Source of the DNA: Octopus sinensis
Lineage: Eukaryota
Assembly (NCBI RefSeq): GCF_006345805.1
Contig: NC_042998.1
Location: 147,250,001-147,314,000 of the forward strand
Length of the DNA: 64,000 nucleotides
Direction of reading: 5' to 3'
Part shown: in pieces, positions 13,086 through 25,445 of the stretch
How the letters are laid out: each line of letters begins with the position of its first letter
How positions within the stretch are numbered: the stretch's first letter is position 1
Notes under the pieces: model-generated
Database searches by the model: none
Told to the model about the DNA's origin: nothing
The model's input: the letters and a program-made list of their open reading frames with translations, nothing else
Made by a program: the position numbers and the translations under genes

Positions 13086-14527
13086 TCATTGCGGACTCTC
13101 CTCAATAGACGAATCCATAGAACAATACAAACACAAAATATAAGCCAGCGACTACATCTATTAAAAATACACAAAGCGCACGTAAATTGTATTACATGGA
13201 TTAAATATATACGAACTATAGGATAGATGCACTTAAAATAAAAGAAAAATCTTATAAACCAGAAACCAAATACATCACCCGAGACCATAAACTAAGACTA
13301 ATCATATACTACAAAAATATTTTTAAAAAAACCCTTCTCAATAGTAATCAGAAGTATGTAAACCAATGAACAAGCTGCGAATTATTAGTGTGATTTATAA
13401 ATTTGATTGTAAACGTAAAAGTTGTTAACTTCACGACTTTAATTTGTATTTTTTGATATACAAATACAGCATTCCTCGGCCGGCTCATTGTGCCCTTATA
13501 ATAAGGAGTAATCGTAATGTGACACTCCGCGCAACACGAAACAAAACTAGATAGATGGAGGACACAGATAGGTATTCTACAGAAGTCTCTACAATAATGA
13601 ACGATAAATGATAGCAGCAACATTTATAATGCAGAAACACATACGAAGTTCGTGTGCTTGTACCTATGAAGCACAGCAATAGACCTCCCGTTTTGTGCAT
13701 TATGTGATAGAGGGGATAGTGTTGTGTGTGAAGTCTTAGAATGGTTACTGTAAGAATATCGAGCTGGTCCCTCTATATACGCACATTTACATATATACAT
13801 ATGTACATACTTTCACACATGCATACATTATCACATAACCTACTTATTACATTGATTTTATCTATCATATTAATACACCATACGCTTCAGATAGCGGATT
13901 CTAAATTATAGCATTTAAGACACATTATGTACTCTTAGATACACGATTATATCTTATAATGTGTTTATAAATAATAAACACAATTTGAACTCATGGAAAC
14001 TCGTTTGTTTATATACGCTTTCACGCAACTAACCTCTTATAAGGCTCAAATCACTTCATCGAACAACAGTTTGTGTTCCTTTGTAAAACAACTAAATTTT
14101 AATCCCTTGGCATTTCAAGTGACCATATCTGGCCTAAATATTGTTCCTGTTTTATGTCCAAACCTGCTAGATTTGGCCTCTCAAACAAACTCTGCAATGT
14201 CATTCTAAAAATAAAAGTTACATTCATCGAAATTTTTAAGCTATAAAATAATGTACGATTAATTCAAAACTATGTGAATAAATAAGCATTACATTTGCAG
14301 AATACTCTGAATTCTAAAGGGTTAATGACTAACTATAATATAAAAATAGGTGAAACCCTACAACGATAACAGGAGACTTATACACTGCATCAAATCATAC
14401 GAGTAGAATGGTAATTACTATCTGTGTACCACACATAATACTCCATATCGGGCAAGTCTTAAATTCTGTTATGATATTCTCTATATATATGAAAGGTATT
14501 CTGAGATATACTCCATCTATTCTCTTA

Positions 14528-14748
14528 TAATATGATTTCAAATTTTGGCATAACAAATAATTTTGAGGGAGGGGATAAGTCGATTACATTGACCCCAGTG
14601 TTCGACTGATGTTTATTTTATCGACTCCGAAAACACGAAAGGTAAAGTCGACCTCGGCGGAATTTGAACAAAAAAAAACGTAAAAACGCACGAAACGACG
14701 ATAAGCAGTTTGCCCGGCGTACTGACGATTCTGCCAGATCGCTGCCCT
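14528..14748 (-). mobile_element. SINE family A
   Basis: AAAGTCGACCTCGGCGGAATTTGAAC...TTTGCCCGGCGTACTGACGATTCTGCCAG. Confidence 0.88.
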
Positions 14749-15320
14749 CCGTTCCCTTACAATATTCCATTCTTAGTGCTCAACTTGTGCTACTTTCAAG
14801 GCAAGAATGATAAAAAAATTTTCTTTGTCTCAAAAGCACTTCGCGAAGAATCCGGTCACAGGGCTCTTGTACTTTATCGCAATGCATCTTACCTTTGCTT
14901 GAAGTAGAAGAATGATGGTACTAGAAGCCTACATGATCAGGTGGTCTAAGGTATAAATATATCTTCTATTTAAACATACACACATATATATATATATATA
15001 CACACATATGTACGTATCTGTATACATGATTATATATGCATATATATTATACGTTTGTGCGTGTGTGCGTATGAGTGTGGCTGCGAACACGTGTGTATTT
15101 ACATATGCGCGCATGTGTATGTGTGTGTGTTGTGTGTGTGTGTGTGTGTGTGTGTACACGTTATCAAAGACATGGGCTGCTTCTTCAATCATGTTAATAA
15201 TTTCCTCATCAGTCTACAGCAGTCCCATTTTTTTGCCAGCGATTTGATGAACAGATATGTGCATGTATACGCGAATATGTTTAGTCACACACACACACAC
15301 AGGCACGCACACACACACAG

Positions 15321-15353
<33 letters not shown>

Positions 15354-15454
15354 TTCATATGATAACATATTTCTAAACACAAATTTTCCCACTTATATAA
15401 TCATATACATATATAATCATATACATACTTGCATGATATATATATATTTGGTTG

Positions 15455-15477
15455 ACGGAAACAGAAAGAAGCCCGTC

Positions 15478-15574
<97 letters not shown>

Positions 15575-15795
15575 TGTGTGTGTATATGTTTGTGTGTCTG
15601 TGTTTATCCCCTCAACATCGCTTGACAACCGATGCCGTGTGTTTACGTCCCCGTAACTTAGCTGTTCAGCAAAAGAGATCGATAGAATAAGTACTAGGCT
15701 TACAAAGAATAAGTCCTGGTGTCGATTTGTTCGACTAAAGGCGGTGCTCCAGCATGGCCACAGTCAAATGGCTGAAACAAATAAAAGAGTAAAAT
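15455..15795 (+). mobile_element. SINE family B, 5'-truncated
   Basis: GACGGAAAC.GAAAGAAGCCCGTCG, (TA)(TG)n, then a tail ending GCTGAAACAAATAAAAGAG. Confidence 0.92.
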
Positions 15796-15810
15796 AGTAT
15801 ATATATATAT

Positions 15811-15955
15811 ACAAATCTACACCAGGACTTATTCTTTGTAAGCCTAGTACTTATTGTATCGATCCCTTTTGCTGAACAGCTAAGTTACGGGGACGTAAAC
15901 ACACGGCATCGGTTGTCAAGCGATGTTGAGGGGATAAACACAGACACACAAACAT
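15811..15955 (-). repeat. Local inverted duplicate of 15586-15730
   Basis: 145-bp reverse complement with 3 mismatches; shares the private variants of the adjacent SINE. Confidence 0.92.
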
Positions 15956-16037
15956 TGTGTGTGTGTGTCTATACGTATATATATATATATATATATATAT
16001 TATAGACACACACACACACACACGCTGTATATATATA

Positions 16038-16830
16038 TAGTGTGCGATTATTAAATTGTCACCATTTTACTATTTTTAACCTCACGCATGCACATAGTTT
16101 GCTTTTGATTTTCTCGACTACAATTATAGTAGAGTCAGTTGGGCACTTCTGTAAGAAAAACAGCACCATGATGCAATTCACTCTGCCAGAAATTTTGAAA
16201 TAACATGCTACAAGGCTTGGTATTTGCGCCAGATGTTACAGTACAAACATTTCAGAGTTTTGGGGTGCCCATCTGAGTCACCAAAACATGTACTGAGAGT
16301 GATAAAAATCAAGCATCCAGTCAACATCATGGCGTTTGGAGTGATCACTAGTGATGACAACGTTATGCTTCAGTCATCTTCTCACACGGTTTCAGACTCA
16401 ACACGGAAGCGTGCATCAAGTGCCTGGAGGAGGTAGTGCTGTCCTGGGTCAAGAGGGTGGCTGCTGGAAGACCCTATGTCTTGCAACAGGACTCTGCACC
16501 ATGCCTCGTATGCGGGAGAACCTAATCATGGCTGTCAGACAATTTCTGCGACCACATCACCCTAACATCAGGCTACCTAATTTCCCAGACTGCAACCCAT
16601 TCGATTATTATGTATAGGGCCTTGTTGAGCGAGAGACCAACAAAGTTTCTTGTAACACCAAAGATGAACTGAGGGCAAGGATTATGTCAGCATTCACCAA
16701 TTTAATCAAGGAGACCATCCAAAAGAGTTGTAGGAGACTCCGAAGTCGTCTGGAGGCCGTTGTTGAAGCTAATGGCGATTTCATCGAATAAATTTTCTCT
16801 TTAGTATTTCAATATATTTTTTTAGTGAAG
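16038..16830 (+). mobile_element. Internally deleted DD37D (maT-type) IS630-Tc1-mariner remnant
   Basis: Frameshifted KHPVNIMAFGVITSD...RPYVLQQDSAP...PDCNPFDYYV...RSRLEAVVEANGDFIE*. I count 37 residues between the QQD and NPFD aspartates. The HTH and first Asp are missing; ends are approximate. Confidence 0.88.
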
Positions 16831-17109
16831 AGTGCACTGTAGAGTGGCAGCAATGCCTCGAAACTAGGATTGTCCTGCTGGTCCCGTCGCTAGGATGTGG
16901 CAGGGGTTCGCTCCCCTGCTCGCAGTTTATCGGATGCGGCTCTGCATCGTTAACCAGCTTAGAGAAGATATCCCCTTGGGGTTAAAAAATCGCAGTAGTG
17001 TCCGTTCGAACGGACAGCTATGTTGAAGTGGCTACGAATATTACTTGTTAGTACAACTACTGCGTTGATCTGTTAGAGAGATTTTAGAATTACCATTTTT
17101 TTCTTATTC

Positions 17110-17150
<41 letters not shown>

Positions 17151-17314
17151 TAATATATATATAATATATATATTATATATATATATATTATATTATAATA
17201 TTATATATATATATATATATAATATATATATATATATACATATGTATATATACATATATACGTTTATATATTTGTTTTGCAAGATTTTTGATGTGAAATC
17301 GTGTGTTGAAACAG

Positions 17315-17815
17315 ATATTGTTGTATTTAGGAATGGTCATTTTGTCAGTTTAGCCAATAAAAACACACGCACTATATATTTGGTGTTACTTTGCTTCAGC
17401 ATTATTCATTTTTGACATTAATCTTAATCTTATTTCGGCCAGAGTTCTTTCGTCACAAATTACACGAACGTATATAAACAGGAGATACAAATATAAGAGG
17501 TACTCCCTTCCCCCCACACACTAACTAAACATAGACACACATAGAGGTATACGTATGCGCAAATGAAGACACATACAATAGGAATACAAAATACAAAATG
17601 GTTGACCGTTAGTAAGGAGAGACACACAAATAAGAAAGAAGAAAGCAAAGGATCACTGATGAGGTCACAGGAGTGTGACGTAAGAACTCTGGCCGAAATA
17701 AGATTAAGATTAATGTAAAAAATGAATAATGCTGAAGCAAAGTAACACCAAATATATAGTGCGTGTGTTTTTATTGGCTAAACTGGCAAAATGAGCATTC
17801 TTAAAACACAATATA
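17315..17815. repeat. Fold-back inverted repeat (arms about 17315-17457 and 17674-17815) with hammerhead-like motif at 17650-17694
   Basis: About 140-bp arms with few differences. CTGATGA-G-GTCACA(ggag)TGTGAC-GTAA is directly visible. Confidence 0.85.
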
Positions 17816-17840
17816 TATATATTATATATATATATATATA

Positions 17841-17905
17841 TAAATTTTCAGCTAGATCAAACAATTGCAAGTGGGTCAGAGGCATTACTTATTGAACGCC
17901 CCTCG

Positions 17906-17967
<62 letters not shown>

Positions 17968-18177
17968 GATATATATATCTATATTATATATAGATATTAT
18001 ATATATATATATAATATATTATAGATATTATATATATTATATATATATATTGTATGTATGTATGCATGTATGCACGTACGTAAGTATGTATTATAGTCTT
18101 ATAGCCGCCGTTAGTCTTCTTTAGAAGATTTAGAAATAATAATAATAATAATAACAATAATAATAATAATAATATAT

Positions 18178-18211
<34 letters not shown>

Positions 18212-18274
18212 CGGGAAGCTTTATGAAAATAACAAAAGACGAAGGCAGTGTGAATACAAACAAACATTGTATTA

Positions 18275-18311
<37 letters not shown>

Positions 18312-18433
18312 ATATATATATATATTATATATACTAATACAATTGTTTTTTGTTTGTATTCCGCCTGCCTTCGTCTTTTGTTTATTTTCATAAAGCTTCC
18401 CGTATATATATATATATAATATATATAATATTA

Positions 18434-18468
<35 letters not shown>

Positions 18469-18625
18469 ATATATATAATATATATATATATATATATAAT
18501 ATATATATCTTATTATTATTATTATTATTGTTATTATTAATTATTTAAATGATTTCTAAATTCCTATAACGAAGACTACGGCGGCAGTAAATACATACAT
18601 ACTTACGTACGTGCATATACATATG

Positions 18626-18706
<81 letters not shown>

Positions 18707-18770
18707 GAGGGGCGTTCAATAAGTAATGCCTCTGACCCACTTGCAATTGTTTGATCTAGCTGAAAATTTA
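17841..18770. repeat. About 930-bp imperfect palindrome centred on (TA)n near 18305
   Basis: 17841-17905 is the exact reverse complement of 18706-18770; about 18050-18180 mirrors 18505-18640; 18210-18277 mirrors 18331-18405. Confidence 0.9.
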
Positions 18771-19996
18771 CATGTGCAATTATTTATATCTCTATAGATT
18801 AAGTGGCAAATTACAGCTCTGAACTAATTGTGGTTTCTGATATACAGGTGTTTGAACTGAGTCAAGTGTGAAATGGATCCTGTTGAGTGTCGAGCAGTGA
18901 TCCGGTTTTTGTATTTGAAAGGACGCACACCACGGGAGACTTTTGATGAAATGAAAGTAACTTATGGTGATGATGCCCCATTATATGACCTTGTAAAACG
19001 CTGGCATCGTGAATTCAAACATGGTCGGAACTCTGTGGAAACAGCTCCCAGATCTGGTCGCCCCCCTTCTGCCATTGATGAGGCATCTGTCCGTCAAGTT
19101 GAGGCTGTCATTTTGGAAGATCGACGATTTAACTATTCGCGAAATAGCCCATGAGGTCAAGTTTAATACCGGGTCTGTGGAAACTATCATTCATGACCAT
19201 TTGCATATGCAAAAGGTGTCTGCCAGATGGATTCCCAGGTTGCTCACACCTTTCCAGAAGCAAGAACGCGTCGAGTGCTCGAGAATGAATTTGGAGATGT
19301 GCCAAGAAGATGAGTCAAAATTTTTCAAAAGACTGATTACACAGGATGAAACCTGGGTCCATCACTATGATCCAAAGACCAAAGCCCAATCAATGCAGTG
19401 GAAGCACCGTGACTCACCTCCTCCAAAGAAGGCAAGGGTGCAGCCCTCCGCTGGCGAGGTCATGCTCACAGTCTTCTGGGACCAGGACGGAGTAGTGATG
19501 ACAGATTTCCTGGCAAAGGGTACCACAATTACAGGAGCCTATTATGCTTCACTTTTGAGGAAATTAAGAGAAGCTATCAAAATCAAGAGGCGGGGCAAGA
19601 TCAGCAAAGGCATCCTCCTCCTGCAGGACAACTCTCCGGTCTACAACTCGCGTGTCGCCAGATCAGAAGCACAGGCGTGCGGCTATGAGCTCCTCCCCCT
19701 CCCCCTACTCTCCTGACCTTGCACCCTCTGATTTCACCTCTTCCCAGCCATGAAGTTGTTTTTGAAAGGAAAGTGTTTCCCAGATGATGCAGCCTTGATT
19801 TCTGAAGCCACGTTGTGGTTGGAGGACCAAGCTGGGGTGTTCTACAAAAACGGTCTCCAGAGTTGCATGAAACGATGGGAGAAATGTGTAACTCTGGGTG
19901 GTTCCTATATAGAAAACGACTAATAACTGTGCCAAGTTTCGTTGCTCTACTGCTATGGGAAGTGGGTCAGGGGCATTACTTATTGAACGCCCCTCG
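18706..19996 (+). mobile_element. mariner (DD34D) transposon, irritans-subfamily-like, full length
   Basis: 37-bp TIRs CGAGGGGCGTTCAATAAGTAATGCC(T/C)CTGACCCACTT with one mismatch, TA on both sides, 1291 bp. Confidence 0.97.
18873..19923 (+). pseudogene. mariner transposase with three apparent 1-nt frameshifts
   Basis: MDPVECRAVIRFL...WIPRLL...ITQDETW...LLQDNSP...YSPDLAPSDFHLF...GGSYIEND*. D-to-D spacing is 34. Frameshifts near 19128, 19700 and 19735. Confidence 0.95.
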
Positions 19997-20048
19997 TATA
20001 TATACGTACGTATGTATCCATCCATACATACATATATATATACATGCA

Positions 20049-20096
<48 letters not shown>

Positions 20097-20227
20097 AAAA
20101 TTTTACAAGAAGCGGGGTGACAGTTTCTCCGAACTCTCGGCTTGCTTGCCTCCGTCAGATTTTCACTGTAAAAATTTAATGTTGCCTATCAAAAAAGACA
20201 TTGAGTATTATATATGCTTGTATGCAA

Positions 20228-20440
20228 GGTGTTGATCTGGCGGATCTCGTTAGCACGCCGGACAAAATGCTTAGCGGCATTTCGTCCGTCGTCACGTTCT
20301 GACTTCAATTTCCGCCGAGGTCGACTTAGTTTTTCATCCTTTCCGATTCGATAAAATAAGTATTATCTGAGCTCTGGTATCGATGTAACCGACTTACCCC
20401 CTTTCCCGAAATTGCTGGTTTTGTGCCAAACTTTGATACC
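20228..20440 (+). mobile_element. SINE family A
   Basis: GTTAGCACGCCGGACAAAATGCTTAGCGGCATTTCGTC...CCGCCGAGGTCGAC. Confidence 0.88.
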
Positions 20441-20855
20441 AGTATATACGCGTGTGTGCGAGTATATACCTGTGTGTAAGTCGTACTCGAAATTTTATCA
20501 ATTAAAATCAAGCAAAGTATAGTCCGACTTATACACAAGAAAATACAGTAATTGCCAGTAGAAGTTGTGCATGTAAAAAGCAATAAGTAATAATATTTTA
20601 AGAATCGATAGTCACATACTAGTATAATAATATACAGGGTGTATAATGTGAACTTTGAAATGATAACATTTCAAAGATTTTGGCTTTAGGTCACAATAAT
20701 GACAAATATTGATGTAGACAGTGTAAAGCTATGGAGACAAGGGACTGATGATGACTAAAGCATAATTATCAATATTAATATCAATATCAATATCATATAT
20801 ATGTATATATATATATATATATATTATATTATATATATATATATATATAATATAT

Positions 20856-21075
20856 CTTTTATTTCTTACTTGTTTCAGTCATTGACTGCGGCCATACTGA
20901 GGCACCGCCATAAGGAATTTTAGTTAAACTAATCGACCCCCAGTACTTATTTTCTTTTTAAAACTCGTACCTATTCTATCAGTTTCTTTTACCGAACCGC
21001 TAAGTTATGGGGGCGTAAACACAGCAACACCGGTTGTCTACCGGTAGTGGTGGGACAAACACAGACACACACATA
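20856..21075 (-). mobile_element. SINE family B, 3' half
   Basis: TTACTTGTTTCAGTCATTGACTGCGGCCATACT...CGTAAACACAGCAACACCGGTTGTC. Confidence 0.88.
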
Positions 21076-21190
21076 CGCACAAATATTCGTTAACACTTCG
21101 AAATGCAATAAGGTAGTGCGTGTTGTTTGGTCGTTAAAAGTTGTGAATGTTCCTATTTTCTCTTTTCTCATTCATCTTTTATTTTTTATA

Positions 21191-21393
21191 TGAGGGGGTG
21201 CTGAAAAGTTCTTGGCTTTGGGTAAAACAAAATACAGGAGGATCAGTTAATTGATATTCAGCATATTCTTCTCTCAGACACTTACTGAGGAGTCCTTCAG
21301 TTTTTTATGACCCGTAAAAAGAACTGGGAAGGTTGGACTTCCAACCAGGCCTTTCGCTACCCTTAAAACTAGAAACGTTCCAGCACACCCTCG
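21191..21393. mobile_element. mariner-derived MITE
   Basis: TA|TGAGGGGGTGCTGAAAAGTT at the left and ACGTTCCAGCACACCCTCG|TA at the right; imperfect TIRs of the CGAGGG class, 203 bp. Confidence 0.75.
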
Positions 21394-22748
21394 TATTTTT
21401 TATCGTCATAAGTAATTCTTATTGTTCTTTCATTTAACTCAAATACACTATTTCTCCATTACATAATGTGAAATAATTTCTTTATATTTCAGTTCCTTCT
21501 TCTACAACCAATCAAAAACTATATTATTCTCCTGGTTCTCCTCTATTTATAAATATGGGATTTCTTATAGCACGTTTCCTCTTTTGTCTGAAGATCGGTG
21601 ACGTGAAACTATGTTGCGTAATATAAAATTCGGCGTTAGAAAATATGTGTATGTGTTTCTATGAGCGTTTGCTTGTGTATGTGTGTGTGTGTGTGTGCTT
21701 TTGCGCATGTATCTGTATGTGTTTGTGTGTATGTTTGTTTTTGTATGTATGTATATACGTATGTATGTATGTTTGTATGTGTGTGCGTATGCGTGTGTTT
21801 ATGTGTGTGTTTGTGTGTATGTGTCTGAGTGCAATGTGTGCTTATGTGTATGTGTTTGAGGGTTTGAGTGTATGTATGTGCCTTTGTATGTTCATGTGCA
21901 TGTGTGTGTCCCTGTGTATATCCATCTGTGTGTTTTGTTTAATAAAATTAGTCTAAATGAAGAAACTGAATGTTGTAAATGGAAAAGATAAGCTAAATAT
22001 CGTTACCCACTCACCGCCTCTCAAACACAACCCCCTTGCAGTTATACATAAAAGTATACATATATATCTCGAATAACACATAACTTAGAAGCAGCGCTAG
22101 AGGATGTGCCAGCACACACGAGATTGAGACATGGCCAATCTCACGCACTTCTCATGAGGAATTCCGGAAGGAGCTTCGTGAGACCACTGCTGAGACGCTT
22201 CCGAAAAAGGAAAGGAAAGCTGTTGGAAAACCGATTATAGCAGCAATTCCATCAATTCCTAGGGATATCAGAAGAAGGAATTTTATTCTGAAATATCATA
22301 TCAGGCTATGGATGATTAAATTACAACAGTTCTTATAGTCCATTGTTTGTATTATAGTGCATTGTTGTGTCATTCAAAATATTTTATTCTTTACATACAA
22401 TACTCCCCCATACATATATACATACATATCTATATAGAGAAACTATATACGTATTAACGCATATATATATGTGTGTGTGTGCATAAACATACATATATAT
22501 ATATATATACAACTTATATATAAGGGCTAAAGAAAATTATTTCCATGCCAATATGCTGATAACAGACTTTTAAATCGTCAATTTCCACATTTTATTTACT
22601 CGCTACAGAAAAACACAAAGAACTGAAATCGGGGAAGCCGCCGATAGAATTTTTTAAGAAGTTCGTTATTTCTATATTGAATCAATTTCGGAATTAATCT
22701 CATAAAAGATTCTTTCCTCTTCAGTAGAATATACATACATACATATAT

Positions 22749-22829
<81 letters not shown>

Positions 22830-23243
22830 GGCGCAGGAGTGGCTGTGTGGTAAGTAGCTTGCTAACCAACCACATGGTTCCGGGTTCAGTCCCACTGCGT
22901 GGCAACTTGGGCAAGTGTCTTCTGCTATAGCCCCGGCCGACCATGCCTTGTGAGTGGATTTGGTAGACGGAAACTGAAAGAAGCCTGTCGTATATATGTG
23001 TATATATATATATATGTATGTGTTTGTGTTTGTGTGTCTGTGTTTGTACCCCTAGCATTGCTTGACAACCGATGCTGGTGTGGTTACGTCCCCGTCACTA
23101 GCGGTTCGGCAAAAAGAAACCGATAGAATAAGTACTGGGCTTACAAAGAATAAGTCCCGGGGTCGATTTGCTCGACTAAGGCGGTGCTCCAGCATGGCCG
23201 CCGTCAAATGACTGAAACAAGTAAAAAGTAAAAAGAGAAGAGT
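22830..23243 (+). mobile_element. Full-length SINE family B
   Basis: GGCGCAGGAGTGGCTGTGTGGTAAG...GGTTCAGTCCCACTGCG (tRNA-like A/B boxes), internal (TA)n, tail AAATGACTGAAACAAGTAAAAAG. Confidence 0.95.
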
Positions 23244-23444
23244 AATATATATATATATATATATATATACATATTTCCTGAGCGCCATACTAATACAATT
23301 GTCGTTTGTTTTCCACCTGCCTTCGTCTTTTGTTTATTTTCATAAAGCTTCCCGTTATTATATATTCTATATATATTATATATATTATATCTAATATATA
23401 TATATATATATAATATATATATATATATGGTCCATATATATATG

Positions 23445-23770
23445 CGACCCTATCGCATCATCACTCCTTCACCTGCACCTCCAGTAATATCATCTATTGC
23501 ATCTCTTGCTCTCTCTCTGTCATTCCCGTACATCGGACAACGGGACGCCGCTTGCTGACCGGTTCGTGGAACACCTCCGTGACATCCGCCTTGCCAACGA
23601 CACACCGGTCTCACGCCATTTCCGCTCCACCGTCACTCCTTGCAACACCTGTCTGTGTTCGGTTTGTCCTTGCACAGAGGCCATCCGGATTCCCGTTTGC
23701 GCCGTGAACAGGGATTAATCTTCTCTCTTCGCTCTTTTACGCCATTTGGTCTCAACTCTCCCCCTCCTCA
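23445..23770 (+). pseudogene. GIY-YIG endonuclease C-terminus of a Penelope-like ORF
   Basis: Across frameshifts: FTCTSSNIIYCISC...YIGQ-GRRLADRFVEHLRDIRLANDTPVSRHF...LSVFGLSLHRG...RLRREQGLIFSLRSFTPFGLN. Confidence 0.9.
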
Positions 23771-24330
23771 TCTAACCTCTCCTCCCAACTCCTGCTTCTC
23801 TTCGGTCCTTCATCTTTTCACCCCTACTCTCTTTCCCTCCTCTTCCCTTCTTCCCTCCTCTTCTTTCCTCTTTATTCTTCCCTCTTCCCCTTCTCTCTTT
23901 CTCTCTGCTCCCTCACTCCCCTTCTCTCTTCCCCCTCTCCACTCCTTTTTCTCTCTGCTCCCTCAATCCCCTTCTCTCCCCCTCCTCCTCTCTCCTCCTT
24001 TCCCCTCCCCATCCTCTCCGCTCCTTCCTTATCCCCCTTCCCCCTCCCCCTCTTCTCCTCTTTCCTTCTCCCCCTTCTCTTCCTCCCCATCTCATCTCCC
24101 CTCCCCTCCCCCTCATCTCATCTCACCTCAGCCCATCCTTCTTTCTTTCTCCCCCTCTCCACCCTCTCCATCTCCCCTCCCTCCTCTCTCCTTCTCCCTC
24201 TCCCCCTCTCATCCCTCCCCTCATCTCTCCTCCCCTCTCCCTCTCATCTCCCCTCCCTCCTCTCCCACTCTCCCTCTACCCCTCCCCCTCCCCCTCCCCT
24301 CCCTCCTCCTCCACTCATCTCCCCTCTCTA
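23771..24330 (+). repeat. C/T-rich low-complexity tract
   Basis: About 560 bp, almost all pyrimidine on the + strand; source of the Pro/Ser/Leu ORF. Confidence 0.95.
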
Positions 24331-24700
24331 CACTACACCATACGACATTACACACAACATCATACATACATACATACACTCTCTCATACACACAAACACA
24401 CCCTTAAGCTGAGGCGAAGTCATTTGACCCTGTTATCTCCCCTATTTTCGCTCTTGCGTCTCACGTTTGATCTCTGACTTCTGGCCAGAATCGCCATGTT
24501 GAATCGCTAGCTTCTGCACGCATTTTTTTTCTCTCCTTGTTTCTCTCCGTGTTTCTTTTCTGTGTATCTTTCTGTTGAAGAACGTAGGCTCGAAACGTAA
24601 AAGACTTGTTTTATTTATATTCCTGAGCGCCATACTAATACAATTGTTTGTTTGTACTCCACCTGCCTTCGTCTTTTGTTTATTTTCATAAAGCTTCCCG

Positions 24701-24748
<48 letters not shown>

Positions 24749-24751
24749 ATA

Positions 24752-25271
24752 TCTATAAATCTGAAATGCGAAAAGTTTGTTTGTCTGGTTTTGGCATTGG
24801 AACGGGTTAAAGGGCACTAAGATCCCGTCGGATTGACTCCAAAATTTACAGGGACATGTAAAATGAGGTGAGGATGTTAGTGGGCTAGGTTAGAAATCTT
24901 AAAAGGTGTGGTTACTAGGGCAAAAAACGCACACTTTGACAAGTCTTCTCTCATTCTTTTATGTGCCTGTCTTCCTCCGGCTCTCTCTCTCTCTTTCCTT
25001 CCTTCCTTTCACTTTCTCTCTATAACGTCGTTTGACAGCGTATACTATCTTTCCCCCGCCGCCTTTGCCAGTGCTGTCAATCTTTCTCTCTCTCTACGTC
25101 TGTCTGCATTCATAGAGAGAAGTAGCATCGCCACCACCACCACACAATCATGAGAACAAATATTATGAATCAGATATTTATTGGGTTAATTTATATATGT
25201 GTGTGTGTGTGTCTTCTATATAAATATGTATATATATGTATATATACAAAATGTATATATCTATATATATG

Positions 25272-25302
<31 letters not shown>

Positions 25303-25398
25303 ATATATATATATATTTGTATACATTTGTATATATAATGCGTACACAACACACACACATATATATATAATACGTATGTATGTACATATAAATATTTA

Positions 25399-25445
<47 letters not shown>

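Larger units (their letters stand above)
23271..24702 (+). mobile_element. 5'-truncated Penelope-like element with direct terminal repeats
   Basis: About 86-bp repeat (TCCTGAGCGCCATACTAATACAATTG...AAAGCTTCCCGTT) at 23271-23356 and 24617-24702. It brackets a GIY-YIG fragment, a polypyrimidine tract and a hammerhead-like motif at 24567-24604. Confidence 0.88.

Noticed and set aside
16831-16841. GCACTG|TA as the right TIR of the maT remnant
   Set aside because: Only about 5 bp match the left end, and the bases are equally explained as the start of the adjacent CTGTAGA motif.
22090-22340. About 80-codon open frame without ATG
   Set aside because: No strong splice signals and no recognisable motif.
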